The notes below the pieces were generated by a model, which saw only the letters and a list, made by a program, of their open reading frames with translations, searched no databases and was not told the DNA's origin. A stretch of 60,000 nucleotides of DNA, from the NCBI GenBank assembly GCA_965235115.1, contig OZ249436.1, positions 30,134,001 to 30,194,000 on the forward strand. The letters are read 5' to 3'. Each line of letters opens with the position of its first letter. Positions within the stretch are counted from its first letter, which is position 1. Below are positions 46,601-60,000 of this stretch, piece by piece. The stretch comes from Laetmonice hystrix. Taxonomy: Eukaryota. Position numbers and translations under genes: made by a program.

Positions 46601-49600
46601 TACGTCGAGGACGTCGACATGCGCCACTAATCGAACGTGTTTAGAATGCAGTCATTCGATATACTATAACATCATTTGATGATGAATGAGATAAAGGGGA
46701 ATAAGGAATTCTACCCCTTTGACAATGGGGCCGGGGGTAGGGTAGGTAGGGTAGATAGGTGGGGTCAAGGTTAAATTGTTGACCGAGTTTGGGCGTGGTT
46801 CATTGCGAAGATAATAATTCATGTTGTGTCATCTTTTGCCACAGATACTGTCGGTTCAGCTGGGACGGTTGTGTGCCGTGTCGATACGCATGAGACCACA
46901 GAAAAGTAGCTTATGTATGCAAATTATTTATTCACAAGATGACTAATGCAATTGATCAACTCGAAATGACTCTTCAATCAATTAACAGCAGTGTTACGCA
47001 ATTCTGATGTCGGAAGAGTTTGGGGAGAGTGTTCGAATGGTTTAACGCTGTCAGTGGTCTATATAGAGGACCATTGGTGGGCACAACGGTATGTGATCAA
47101 GCCTGATAAATGACGACACAGCCAACGGCGGGCGGGGTTCCTCTGACCTGGGGGGTTCCTTATTCTGACACCTGTTGACGTTGGACTGTCTTCAAGTCAA
47201 AGCTGTTGGGCTAAACTTGAGATCTGCTCTGGACTCAAAGTCCCTTTAGGCAACATGGTCACCGACTTGGTTTGACAGGCAAGCTGACTGACCTGTGCGT
47301 ATCTTCAGTAACATGCTTCTCCCGAGGCAAAGACTTTTTCTTAGGCCTACACCATGGACGCGAGTTGCCAGGTCGTGTTCTGTGAGGTCCTTGCTGGACC
47401 GGAAGTAGGACGTACAGGCACGCGCACTGAGAGGGAGACGAGCGCGCAATCAATCAGCGCAGACGATCGACCTAACGTGACGTGACTGGAGGCGGCGAGG
47501 TCAGCGTACACTTGACCAAGACGTTATGAAAGGCTGACCGGATCCCTAACGAGCTTTTCCTCACCGAGAGCCGAGCGCCATATATGCCTGCAGACGTTTC
47601 CTCAACTGTGTGTCCATGCACCAGAGTCGGCCATTTACAACGATATTAAACCTAGTGCTCTGCAGTATAGGCTTATAGCCTCGCCCATAATTTATTATGG
47701 GCCTAAGCATCAAAAACCAATTAGAAGTCTGATGAATAGGACATCATTCCATGTCAATAAATAGTCCATAAATAGTGTGACGTGGATAGATCAGATGCAG
47801 TTTAAGACGAACCGCAAGGACATGTTAAAACCACCTATTTAGAAGTGGGTTGCATAGACTATAGTCTGCCATCAATATCGGCACGTTTTGGCCTGCCCTC
47901 ACGACCAAAGACCTAACGGTCCAATTCTACGCAGGCTATGCCCCGTCTGAAGGGCGTAGAAGTGTTCTTTAATTTGTGGTCAAAACAAATATAAATCTTC
48001 AGATAATTGGAGAGAGAGAGAGCGATCGTGGAATCCAGCCTCTTCATTTTGTCCATTCCTGCCTCGGTCACTCAGCTGTTAGTCAGACTCGCCTATCATT
48101 TTAAGTGTGGCGAGGCTACAGGTGTATGTGACTGACCTTGACTTCAGCCCACCTGACCGGCGCCGCTTGGCCCACCTCCAGCGGACATTCCGTTAATGTG
48201 AGGTATTGTTTCACGTGGATATTTCAGTGCAGGGAACGGGGATATGTACACGAGTTTTCTCTGAAGTCATGATCTCTTTAGAGGTGGGTGATGACGGGCG
48301 GCCGCAGTGATCTGGCAGTTTAAGTGTCGTGATGATGTGGTTTACCCAATGGGTTTCTGTACTTACTAATGACGTGACAAGACGATAATCTGCCAACTCT
48401 AGACGGAACAAGGCGAAGACCGCCTTAAGCGAAGGATCCTTACATATAATCGTTTAAGATTCCATAAGCAAAATCACTAAGATCTTACGGGGCAGGAAAT
48501 TGCCTGAAGGAGGTTCAAGGGCGTAGCATTGATGGGTCTAGGTTTGATAACTCGAAAGAGTTGGACTGTTCTGTAGGACTAAGTGTTTGTGTATACATAT
48601 TGCATACGTGTCTGTATGTAGGTTTATGTATATCATGTATGTAGGCTATGTGTGTAGTTAACCGGTAGTATGTATAGATGAGGAGTAAGACGTCCCCATA
48701 GGTTGCATCTATGATAATTGTTAACAACAAAAGAATAGCGCTACCTTTTTTACGTTATTACATGTGTATTTCGAAAAGGCAACCCGTAGGCCTACTAGAG
48801 CTCTTCCACCTTTACGTAGGGAGTATAACCCTGATAAATAATTGCTGAAGCTGACTGAAGGATCTTGATCATCATTTTGTGCTTGCCTCTATTTATAAGT
48901 CAACCCTAGATATAGCCAAGTCCCTCTGATCATTGCCACTATGTAAACTGTTGATCCTTTCTGTTGACATCGTCCATCAACCTGGAGCATTGCCCGCTTC
49001 CGTTTTCTCTGAGGTGTTTCCCCAGACCTTTTCACAATACTCCACTCAGGGATGCCTAGGCCTATATCCATCAGTTGGGCGCTCGAAAGGGATTCGTTCC
49101 AGTCGAATCCCTTGGTAGAACTCAGCTGATAATTCTTCGTCCCGGGGTTGTGCCTTACGGGAAGGTCGCCAATGACCTCTCCCCGTGAACACTAGTGGTT
49201 CACCACAGGCTCACAAGTCTGGCGAGCTAACCGCCGAGCTTAACGCCAGTCTTTGTGTATATTTGTCCTACGTGCGCTGTGTTTTTGGTCGGTGACGCAA
49301 GCTTCACTAGTTATTTAGTCCGCAATACTCGCACATAGCGGTCTACCGAGAGACACACGTCGGCCCTTTTTAAACCGCGCCGTTTCTATCCCAATACGTG
49401 ATTGCTTGAACACTAGTCCGGTTGAGTTCCCTAAAGTAAAGGCTGAGCTCTTCTGTAAAGGTGAGTCGTGTTTTGCGGCTTGGTCGGCCGACAGGTGTAT
49501 GGTAGACCCATCCGCTCTAGAAGCCTGCCCCAGAGAGGAGACAGTCTAGCCGTCCTACGGGCGGCCTAGATCTATGTTAGAACATAAAGAGTAAAGGAAA

Positions 49601-52600
49601 ATATTGTTACAGCGCATACCCTAACCCCTACTCTGTAGTCGTCGCCTGCAACGGCCCCGAGAACTAAGGGCAGCGAGGTCAAATATACACCTGATGGGGC
49701 ATGCACCCTCGTCTGCCTCAAACCAACACGGCAGAGCCGTAGGCCTCTGCTGTCATTATGATGAAAGAGATGGACAATTAGACGGCTACCTCAAGAGTAC
49801 CCGCTGTCAAATATGAGACACTTTGTTGCATGGGCGGGGGAAAAAAACAGCCATTCAGTCCTGTTGTACCCTATGCAGTGTTAAATTGAATGACTCGAAC
49901 CTAAATCTCCCCTTGGCCCAGATAGTCGTCGACATAGCATTGATATCAATATATACGATCCATGCGGCGGCTTGCCATCAACAATAAGACGATCCCTACT
50001 TCATTGTTGAGTTGCTGTGTTTGTCCATCTGTCTAGACCGGGCGGATAACGTCCCTTTCTTCAGAATGCCAAATGTAAGTGCTCTGAGAGCACAGAGATG
50101 TTCTGGCCAGATGGTTACAATTGATGGCGTGAGTTTTCTTGGACAGAATGAGATGTGAGTTATACATACATGTAGGTATACGTATACGGTATACCTACGC
50201 CTATTACTGGGTTGGCATATGTTTGAGTTTCAAGAGGCATACAGGCAAATGCCCTTATATAGGTCTATATACTTATATGGTTTTGAATGCAAAGAAAGAC
50301 ATCGACGGAGGCAGCAAGGTGTTCAGGGCAGCAAGAGATTTCTCCCAGTATTCCCATCAAAATTCCAAACAACCCCTCCATTATTACACTGTCTTAAACA
50401 CGTTTGCAGAGCGATAAAAATATGTCGACGGAAACAAAGGTGTTTCAGATATTGCGTCAACTTGTCAAATGACTAAAGAATGTTGTACAATCACTATTAG
50501 GTCTACAAAAATGATTCTTTTAACGAAAAAAAGGGGACCGCCCAGAGCTATACACACCAGGACAAAGAAACGAGGAGACATGTGAAGGAATAAACATGCA
50601 GAGCAATCCATCGATAAAGAACCATATAACTTCCTGTAAGCTGTCCTGAGCTGAGCGATTCGTTATCTTAGAAATTGCATTCAGGAATCTTGTACTCCGC
50701 ATTCAGGTCATAGTATCAGAGGAAAAACACATCTTAATAGACGAGCATAGTAGAAAGTTGGCACACACCACTCTCTTTGACAAATGTCCTACGTGTTTCT
50801 AATGTGCCGTTATGTTGTCTAGCCCCCCACCCCCCACCCCCACCCCAACCCCCACCCACCAGAATGGAGCATTAGTCATGTCAGTTCGTTTAGACGTGAA
50901 GCGCCTGTACCATTGTGCACCCTTTGTGACATAGTCCAGCCGCCGCTACTCCAAAGGTCCCAGGAATTATCCACTTTATTCCCGACAACACGCTGCTGTT
51001 GGCTCCCTGTCCGATAATCAATATTGGCACCCTGGGTTGGAAACGGTGCCATACCTCGCTGCGAGACGACCCGGTCGCCACCAATAGAGGGTGGGCCCCT
51101 TGCGTGCCTGTCTAGGCCTTGCCAACGGCGCACTGCATGTAGCGACAGCGCAACCCGTCACAGTCACCAACTTACCTATCACCTGGTCTTGGGTGGTAAT
51201 AAATGATGGAGTCGACTTTTCAAAGATACTTATTCAACATTCAGTATAAGTTGAGGGATTTATTTTTACAAATATAGGCGATGTAGAACTAAATCTGGCC
51301 ATAGAACTGGGCTGTGCGGGAGGATCACGTCTTCAAAAGACATTAACATTTTAATAGGGGTTGGTAAAAGAGGCGTAGACCTACCGCCTAGTTGTAAATA
51401 GAATGTGCCTGTATGGATTTTCTTTATTTCTAGCAGATAAACTTTCCCCCTTTGAGATGATAGATTGGTTCCCAGTTCCGTCGCTAGGTGGCGAGGCGGA
51501 AGTCACTTACCCGGCAGAGGGACTCCGCTTCCTGTCTTGTCTTGTCAGCCGCAGAGAGTGGCTGGAGTATGGCCGGAAGTCCCTGTGTTGTTCATGCCCC
51601 ATGCCATCACAGGAATTCCCCCTTCACAATCGAATCGGAACGAAAACAAAACGGAGTGGCAATTAGAGAATCTTTGTCATTTTCCTATTATGAAAACGTG
51701 CTTTAGCGAGCAAGGAATGTGGAATCGAGTTTTAACCTCTTTCAAAATATAGGCCTACACATAGGCGGATCCAGGATTATTTATTTTTAGAGGGGGGGGG
51801 GGGGGCTAACTATCGGGCAAAAACATATTATTAGGCCTAGGCCTAAAATATTAAATATGATCATAATTGGATGATAAAAATAACATTATTCAGATACAGT
51901 GATACATCCCATAGATTTAAGGCATTGGCCTAGACGGTGACCACTCAAGATGAACTGCCCAATCTCGATCCCCATTTCCCCGCTACCTAGCGGCTGGATC
52001 GGAAACCAATCTAGGGAGATGAGGGACAGCATCTTTTTGGTCCTAATGTAAACAACCTGGGTTTCTAGTTTTCATAGTAGAAAATTTGGGGTTGTATACT
52101 TTTGTCCACGTATTTTGTCTAACCATGATATCATGGCTATAAGACGTTAGGGCCCATCATGTGAACATTTCATTCACAGACAGGTAATAAATACCACATA
52201 CGGTACATAACTGCCACTAACGACTGAACTTTTCATATAATGATAATAATGACAATGCACTCAAATGTAAGTATTACTGCCAGCTGAATCAACAATGGTT
52301 ATGTATGACTTATCAAGCGGAAACATTACTACTCATCCATATTTGAACTTTCCCAATGTCATCTTGACATTAAAATGAAGTTGTAAAGCTTTTCCTTCAG
52401 ACAGGGCAGAGGTCTACCTCGAAGGCGTTAAAGTGTGTCATTTGAGACGAACGTGTCAAAGCGCTCTTAGTAATAAAGACCGAATTCGTCCCGTCCTTAA
52501 CACTTAAAAACGTTATATTAAATTATCCTCTTAAATAATATTGTGAGCAGAGGAGAGAGCTTTTTCGCCTTGGTTCTTCAGCGTGCCCTTTTGGGAAACA

Positions 52601-55414
52601 TTTACGTACATGTTCTCAGTCCATGGAATAATGACTAGAAAACACGTGGTGCTAGGGTTGACAGCACGAGGGAGGGGAAATAATCGTTTCGTGTCGATTA
52701 TAACTTTTCTCCGAAACTATCTCCTGCTATACACAGTAAAGGCTGGAGTCTGTACAACTCACGCATACCTCACTGTTCACATATTCACAACAGTCGGTAT
52801 TTAGGTTATAGGTTCAGAATGGGGTGGCAAGGATTGGGGCTCTATGAAATGTTGTCCGGCACTGTATACACTGTGTATCCCATACTTAAACAGGTAATAC
52901 TGCCTGGGATACGACCAGAATGGTCAGTGTAGTCTGCAGGCTGTAAAAGGTGAAGTTATTAACTATGAACCCTGAACCCTTGTAAACAGTTTCTGCCACA
53001 CAGGACTTGATTTACCTCTATAACGATAGTTGAGCCTTTAATAACCGCTATGTCTTTAACACAACGTATCTTCCTTGTTCCATTTCAGACTTGTAACCCG
53101 CACCTGTCAGTGAAGCTTGGGTTACATGTGTACTTAAAACTACCAGTATACCGGACCAATGGGTTTGTGCTAAAATGTTAAATCATACTGCAGGGACGGA
53201 GCCATGATTTTAGAAAAGGGGAAGTTCAGAAGAAGGCAAATAAAGAAGGGGGCAACCGTTAGGAAATACATATTTGAAAAATAAGAGCAGATTCTGCTTG
53301 TAGAGAACCACCGAAACCATGACCTATACGGCATCAGCCATACTGCATATCTTCCCTGTCTGACTTCATATGATCTGCATGGTCTAATTCATTGAATAAC
53401 GTGATTTCTACAAAAAATATGCGAGGCTAATTATAAGTACTGGCAACCGCTCTCTATCGGCAGGAATGCGTTGTCGTAATGTCATTTTAAAGTAACCCCA
53501 ACGAAAGTTTTAGTTTGATGAAATAACAGTTTCGTTGAAACTTGTTATGGTATCTCTTCCACCCGTTTAGACGATTGCCCTCGGGGTGTTATTGAGGATG
53601 AGAACGGAGTGGAGACAAGCCCACGTACCCCCATCTTGTCATCTGACAGTATTAGCCGGTTCCAGGCTGCCACCCCCGCACCCTGGTTCAGTATATGGGG
53701 GAGAATGGTGGCGTGCTCGTAGAGGGAGAGGGGTGAGGGAGAGGTAGCATTTAATGCCAGTTTGACCTGTCCCACGCTATGATGGGCAGTTGGGCCAACG
53801 TGACTCTCTCTCTGAACCGTCAAGAGCAGCTCCTCCTCGCGTCAAAGGACATTCCTCTTCGTGTACGAGCCAAACATTCTTTCCCAATGCGCGGATTTCT
53901 AATCCTATGTTAACCTAGGACACACACAACAAAATGTTATGTCAAAATAAAGTGTAACCGAAATGTATAGAATGAGAGAACTTGATAAGCACTTGGTACT
54001 GAATGCAGTTGGATCCTTTCTATGGTTGGCTTGACTGTGCATCAATCATTCAGCACATAATACCTTGCTTGGCCTGGCGAGACCTAACTCCACTCGTCCT
54101 AGTCACATCGAGCCGCCAAGGTGTGTTTTCCTACGGGACACGTTGATCATAAAACTGGGTTGGGATCAGTGTCGTTGGGCAGACGGCCGAATAACAAACA
54201 CCACCTTCATGAGGGCTAATGTAAGGGGCATGTTTCGAATATGAACCATGTTTTACCCTCTTCATCTGAATCACGTTCATTTATCACTTACTTCTTTCAT
54301 AAGAAGAGCGAGGAAAATAGCTGCCATTGTAGGTGGCAGGAGAACGAAGGCGTCTGTTGTGAGGTCCTTCATTGTACAACAAAACGTGCCGTGGTTACAA
54401 TTTAAAGAAAGATAAAAGTAGAACTACGTTTTAGACAAGGCAGGCTGCTTAGAGGTCAGAATGATATAAAAAAATACTTGTGTGGATTTTTCCCTGTCGT
54501 GTACCTCTTCGCACATAAAACGTGAGAAATCAACAAGGGAGTGTATGAAGCATTTGCTAGCTATCGCCAGATAAAAATGAAATGTTAGAAACGAGACTAT
54601 CACATGCACCGATAAAGTTCAGCGTGCAGATTCTATTTTAATTTACTAGCTTTCTTTTAGCAAACAAGGGTCACCAAGAAACCTCTGTGTCCCTGTAATT
54701 ACCCCTTGTCTCGGCATTAGCCCCAAATAACCCGGGATGGTATGGAGAGGTGATTCACAATTAAAGAACGGGACACGCGTGTTCTAGGGAGGAAATAAGG
54801 GGGCGCTACGAACAAAACAATTTGATTGTTAGGCAGCGCAGCGCCTTTTTAAAAGGGATGGAATGGGGCGGGGGTTGGGGCAGACATGGTTTTGAGGTAG
54901 TGGGTGGCGAAAGCACGAGATGCATTTCCAGGTCGTTCGCTTCACTGGACTCGCGCTTCAGTGCTAGCCTGTGATTACTACGCATTTTGATCATAGCACT
55001 CGAGATCACAGACTCGCAACAAGACCTGTCATGGCTCTCCATATTGCCTATTTGTTTATTTATCTATTTGTTATTTTTTTGTTGGAATGGGAGAGAGATA
55101 AACGGGCCTGTATTTACGCTTGGGTAGATTTGGTTGATTTTACGTGTATGCTACCACTTTATCATGTGACTGGTTTGGCACTACCAGAAAGAAATGACAT
55201 GGATGAACGCCATGTTTAACGTTAGAAGTGTTATATCTCGGAATGACATTACTGAGGTGAGGCAAGTAGTGTCCTCTCCCGTGCCTCCAGGCACCGCCCT
55301 CCTAAAATTGCGGTACAGTTCACTGACGGACAAGACCCCACTGCCCCCACCCCCATCCCGCGTCGTAGTTTGTCTAATCATCGCTTCTGGATCGGCCATA
55401 TACGTTTCAAGTTA

Positions 55415-55505
55415 AGCCTGTGTCACACGACCCGATATTTGGTCCGAAACCGAAATAGGGTGGTCGGAGAACCGGAACGAAATATCGTGTCGTGTGACAC
55501 CGGCT
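55415..55505. mobile_element. 91-bp PIF/Harbinger-like MITE
   Basis: TIR of about 26 bp, AGCCTGTGTCACACGACCCGATATTT / AAATATCGTGTCGTGTGACACCGGCT (2 mismatches). TSD TTA at 55412-55414 and 55506-55508. Confidence 0.8.
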
Positions 55506-58500
55506 TTACTCGTATATGAACTACGAGAACAGTTGCGAATAACAATAGGAGCTAATTTTCGATAGTTTGCGTGACTATAAGATAATTTGATAATGAAAGG
55601 CGTTGACCTTTTATGCTCTGGAAGCAAGACGAACACAGCTTTCAAAGTCATCATAATGATGTTCTTATTGCTTTAAGTCGACCCTCAAACTTTTGAAAGC
55701 AGTAGGTTATTTCGGTATCGTGATTTATTTCAGTGGTGTGCCTCGAATCTTTTCTTTTATAGTACCTAAAACAGCCTCCTGGCCATTTTTGTAAGCTCTC
55801 AAGATCCGATTTCTCCCCAAACAGCTTTCACAATGTACCACGACGAGAAGCCGTGTATCATTATAAATTAATAGCTCTACAATAAAAGACCGACACGGCT
55901 TCTTGCTGACAAATGATATTGAAATTTGTTTTAATGATCAAAAATTGTAAGTGTTTCACACGGTCCTGATGTTGCCCTGTGTTCGACAGAGACAAATAAT
56001 GTGACATCTTGTGCAGTGAAATATGCGGTTCACACCCACGAGAACAGAAATAGTCAAAGAATATTTACACCAGTTCTTATACCAGAGAAAAGGCGTTCTA
56101 TCACACCCGCATTGGGCGTCATTATTGTGGAGAACAACTCCACTTGACATTGTTCTGGTTGCGGTCATAGCCTGGTTCCCATGACTAGCCTCCTAAATAT
56201 CCCATATTCTCTTCATTTGGAAGTTTGCCAGTGAATTGTTACCGAGAATTGATAATAAGAGGAGACATCTGCACTATTTCAATGCTCCTCTTTTGTTTAT
56301 CACTCTTTATTTTTATGTCATGTTTCCTTCTTGGCGCATTTAGAACATGTCCATGCATCAACTGGCACATAGATCAATTGTCACCAGAGATACCGTACTG
56401 AACTTCCAGTTATAAGTATACATTCTGTTCTCTCTTGCATGGTGAAGACAGTCAAAACCTGGTTTGGGACATCTCAGGTGTGACTAAGGTATGTCCGATC
56501 CGTGAAATGAAAGCTAACTGCCAGACAATTGGCTCTTAATGCTCCGTCTGTTCGCAAATAGTGAAATTGCCTCAGCCGGTACTGCAACTGGAGTCATTGT
56601 GTTTGCCGACCGTATAAGCTACATCTGTATATATATCAGAGCATACACTTTCTTACTGCCAAACTCCCAATACATGAGATCGCTCCATGCAGCGTACCCC
56701 GGATAACAGAAACACTTACAGCTTAGTCCCAATTTAAGAAGTAAGTCATGCGTGGCTCAAATGCAGTGGAAAATGGAGTAGTTCGCACAAAGAATAAGGC
56801 GACAAGGTTGATGGGAAATATGACACCAGTTGTTCAAAGACAGCCATAAGAAGGTCACAGAAACATTATTGCACTTTGTAGTGGGAACCCAGTTGTCCTC
56901 GTTATAATTCAAAGCAAACCGTATGTTTCAGTGCTGTCTATGGATGAGTCCGATGGCTTAACGCTTGGAAATGCCCGAAGCGACCGACGCTGCCATAAAG
57001 TTAACAAGTTTTAATTCTATAATCGTCGGCTACCCGGGTAACACTGGCTCAGACCACCTTTAAGCAATTAAGAGGTGCTGCTTCACCTTATCTTTTTACG
57101 GGTCAATTTCAATTTTCTGAATAAATAAATAAAGTGAAATTTTAATATCCTGGACCCCCTGTCGATAAAAATGTTGTATTTTGGGAATAACCTTGTAAAG
57201 AAACCCGTATCTCCAGCCGTACGGCTGAGTAATCGCACGTTTCGAAATATATAAAACCGATGAGGTTTTCTCACGACTTCTAATGCAATGCACGAATCGG
57301 AAATCGAATTTCCTGGATGGGATAAAGTATCTTCAACCCATCTTTTGAAATCCATTGTGACCAGATGCATTGAAGAATGGTTCCAGCATTTTATCACAAG
57401 GTTGACATGTTGATTTAAGGAACGGTTGTATGTCCTCACTGCCATTCATAGTTTTTATACACTGGCTCTGGAAATCAGACGGCGAGTCCCTTTTTCCTGA
57501 GCGATCGCGTACTTCTAGGGCAACTGTGCCAAGGCCTTTAGGACAACACCACAACTGAACAAAAAGTCAGGGAAACGCGACGATGGTAATAAATATAGAA
57601 AAATATCATCTACTTAATGGCGCCCAAACCAGTTGGAACTGAATAAAAAATTTACTTTCTATGGTACAGATAATGACAATAATGATTATCCATGTTGGTC
57701 TAGACCTAGAAATCGACATAAACTCAAATAGTATTTTAATAAAAGAAACCCTCTATACCATATCCATGTACAAATGTATAACAGTGAATGGTAAACTGGG
57801 CACGATGGTTCAGTGTACATTCGTCATTTACACTCTCAGGATTGTTTACCGTGCCACAGGTATGCAAAAAGTAGACAGGAAGTGTTTTGATGGTTCCTTG
57901 TTTGTTTGGGGGGGTGGGGGGTGGTCTGGGCCCCTGATGGTTCCTGACGATGCAACCACACTGGTATGGTTCAGGCTAGGAAAGATTGCGGAGAAGGAGG
58001 TTATAATTTATAGGTGATTCGGCATTTTTGTTTTTCTCCCCAAATATCAGTGTGCTTTGCCCAAAAGGCTTGCCAAGGCTTGCAGAGCGTCCCGATGTAG
58101 AAGCCTTTGCGGGTAGAGATAGAGCAATTATCAGCAATAGTGAACAAAAGCTCTACAAATAGTGGTCGTATTCCTTTTAAACGTTTGGCCGTGTCATAGA
58201 AGTGTAATTACAGGTTAGGTACATTTGATTAGTAGCCGTGAGCTTTACCGTACAGATAGGAACAAAGGTACCCCGTGAAGACTTTTCGACATATAGGGCC
58301 TACATGTATGGTATGTACATGCCAATAAACAGAGTGAGACATGGGACGTAATTACTTCGTTGATGTGTGCCTTCTATGTATATAATGTGATCTTTGTGTC
58401 ATAGAGGCGATGAAATCATGAAAGGTATATCTGACCTCTGAGGTTACTTATACACCTTAGGAACAAAGCATTGTAGAGATGTCTCTCATCACAAACCATG

Positions 58501-60000
58501 AATGACATGTCATTGCGCTACTGTTGTTGGACGACTTCCCAAACTGATAGGACTGAGGTCTGGCACATCATGATGTAACGACATGATTACAGAGAGATAA
58601 CATGTGTTAGTCAAATCTCAGAATACTTACGTATAGCTGATGTACTCGGTGGCAAGAAAATAATTCTCATTGACATCCATACTTAGCTCTACATTCTACA
58701 TAAATGGTCAAAGTTTTTTTTGAATCATACATAGGCCTAAAGTTTTGATCTCTTGTCTTTTGATAAATTAGAATGTTTGCGTATCATTCGTATCGGCTAG
58801 TTTAATCTCTGTAGACCGATGCCATTGCCAAAGTCATACTTCAAAGACGTGACTTCACAGTGATAGGTTTCTCACTCACCCTGCTCTTCTACATGTACGT
58901 GCTGCAAGAGTGGAACATTCGAGAACATACAGAACATTCGTGTTGTGATGACCTAAAGCCAGTAGCAGGTTTCTCTACCCATAAAGCCAGCCCTGCAGAA
59001 CGTCAGACCAGAGGTCACCACCAAGACCTCTCGCTGTGATGATAATTATCCGGTTATAAAAACGTTTTTAGGACTGTTGTCAAGTACCAAATACACATGC
59101 TGAAAATCGCTAAGACTTTTCCCCTTCATGCCAACATTCCACTCTGGCTCGATTAATTTTCATGTCTTTTATCTTACAACTTCTCAAGGTAACAAAGGAG
59201 AGAGACTTAAAGTCTAAAGTTGCGGTATAATTTATCAATGCATTCGCTCTCTGTGATTCTGGTGTTCTCTCTTATTGAAAGACATGGATACCCATGTTAG
59301 TCTCTGTTCCGATTAGGGCAATGACGTCCAGCGTTGCTACCTCCATGCACTATAGGGGCTACTAATGGCACACAATACAGTACACCAGGCGGGGGTGTTG
59401 TCATTTTCACATTCCGGGAAAGTCGTACGGTTAAAGTATAAGGTTACATTAATACGAAACCTACATCTTAGGTATGCACCGACTTTCCGTCCCACTTTAT
59501 ACGGCAGCTTTCCCAACCTGAACACCTGTGTTATTAAAACAACTGTTGGAGCTTTCCCATTTTTTTCATATTTTATATGACAGATACTGAGACTCCCTCC
59601 TATATACTGTCGGGTTGCCAAGCCAACACTGTCGGGTTGGCAATCCCAACAAGGGGACGGACTTGACTTTTTGACTCTCCCCAGGTGATCAGGAGTAGCC
59701 GTCAGTGACCCCAAGCGTTTGCCGGGAGGGTCACGGCTGCCGGAAACGCTGATTCACACACTAGAGGGCGCTGCTGGTGAAAGTGAGGACGTCTATATAT
59801 ATAATTGGAGACGGGGGCGGGGAGTGGGGCGTGGAGCGACATGGTGCAATGATGACTCGAGGACGGGTTGTGAAAGTAGGGCAAATAGGTTGGACGTCCT
59901 GTAGGGAGACCACCCCGCCGAAAAAAAACTCCCAAAATATACGGAAGTCCGCAACCTTTGTCAAGTTATCCTGAGGAAACACTATATCTTTATTACCATC

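Noticed and set aside
52555..52585. Hammerhead ribozyme core on minus (CTGAAGA...GAAA)
   Set aside because: Stem II is too short and mispaired, and stems I and III cannot be formed.

Overview
Animal genomic DNA, probably a marine invertebrate; the species cannot be determined from the sequence. Two spliced genes can be reconstructed by hand, arranged tail to tail. (1) A TNFAIP8/TIPE-family gene on +: exon 18035-18068 joined to 23204-23766 gives 198 aa. A candidate alternative first exon ending at 11934 would assemble its ATG across the splice junction. (2) A 7-exon mitochondrial enoyl-CoA delta isomerase (ECI1) on -, 35859 down to 29454, 291 aa, including a 20-nt micro-exon. The rest is non-coding. 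It contains two nests of Helentron-associated (HINE/DINE-1-like) elements, one carrying a tRNA-like cassette and a Tc1/mariner transposase fragment. There are also four MITEs with 5-bp TSDs, a P-like element with a 7-bp TSD beside an ECI1 splice donor, Harbinger- and Kolobok-like MITEs, a CR1/L2 LINE tail, and three minisatellites (57, 76 and 33 bp units). The 57-bp and 33-bp arrays explain the long repetitive ORFs. No coding exon was recognised from about 36.5 kb to the window end. I found no wholly new multi-gene system; the most interesting signals are gene-architecture and transposon-nesting features.
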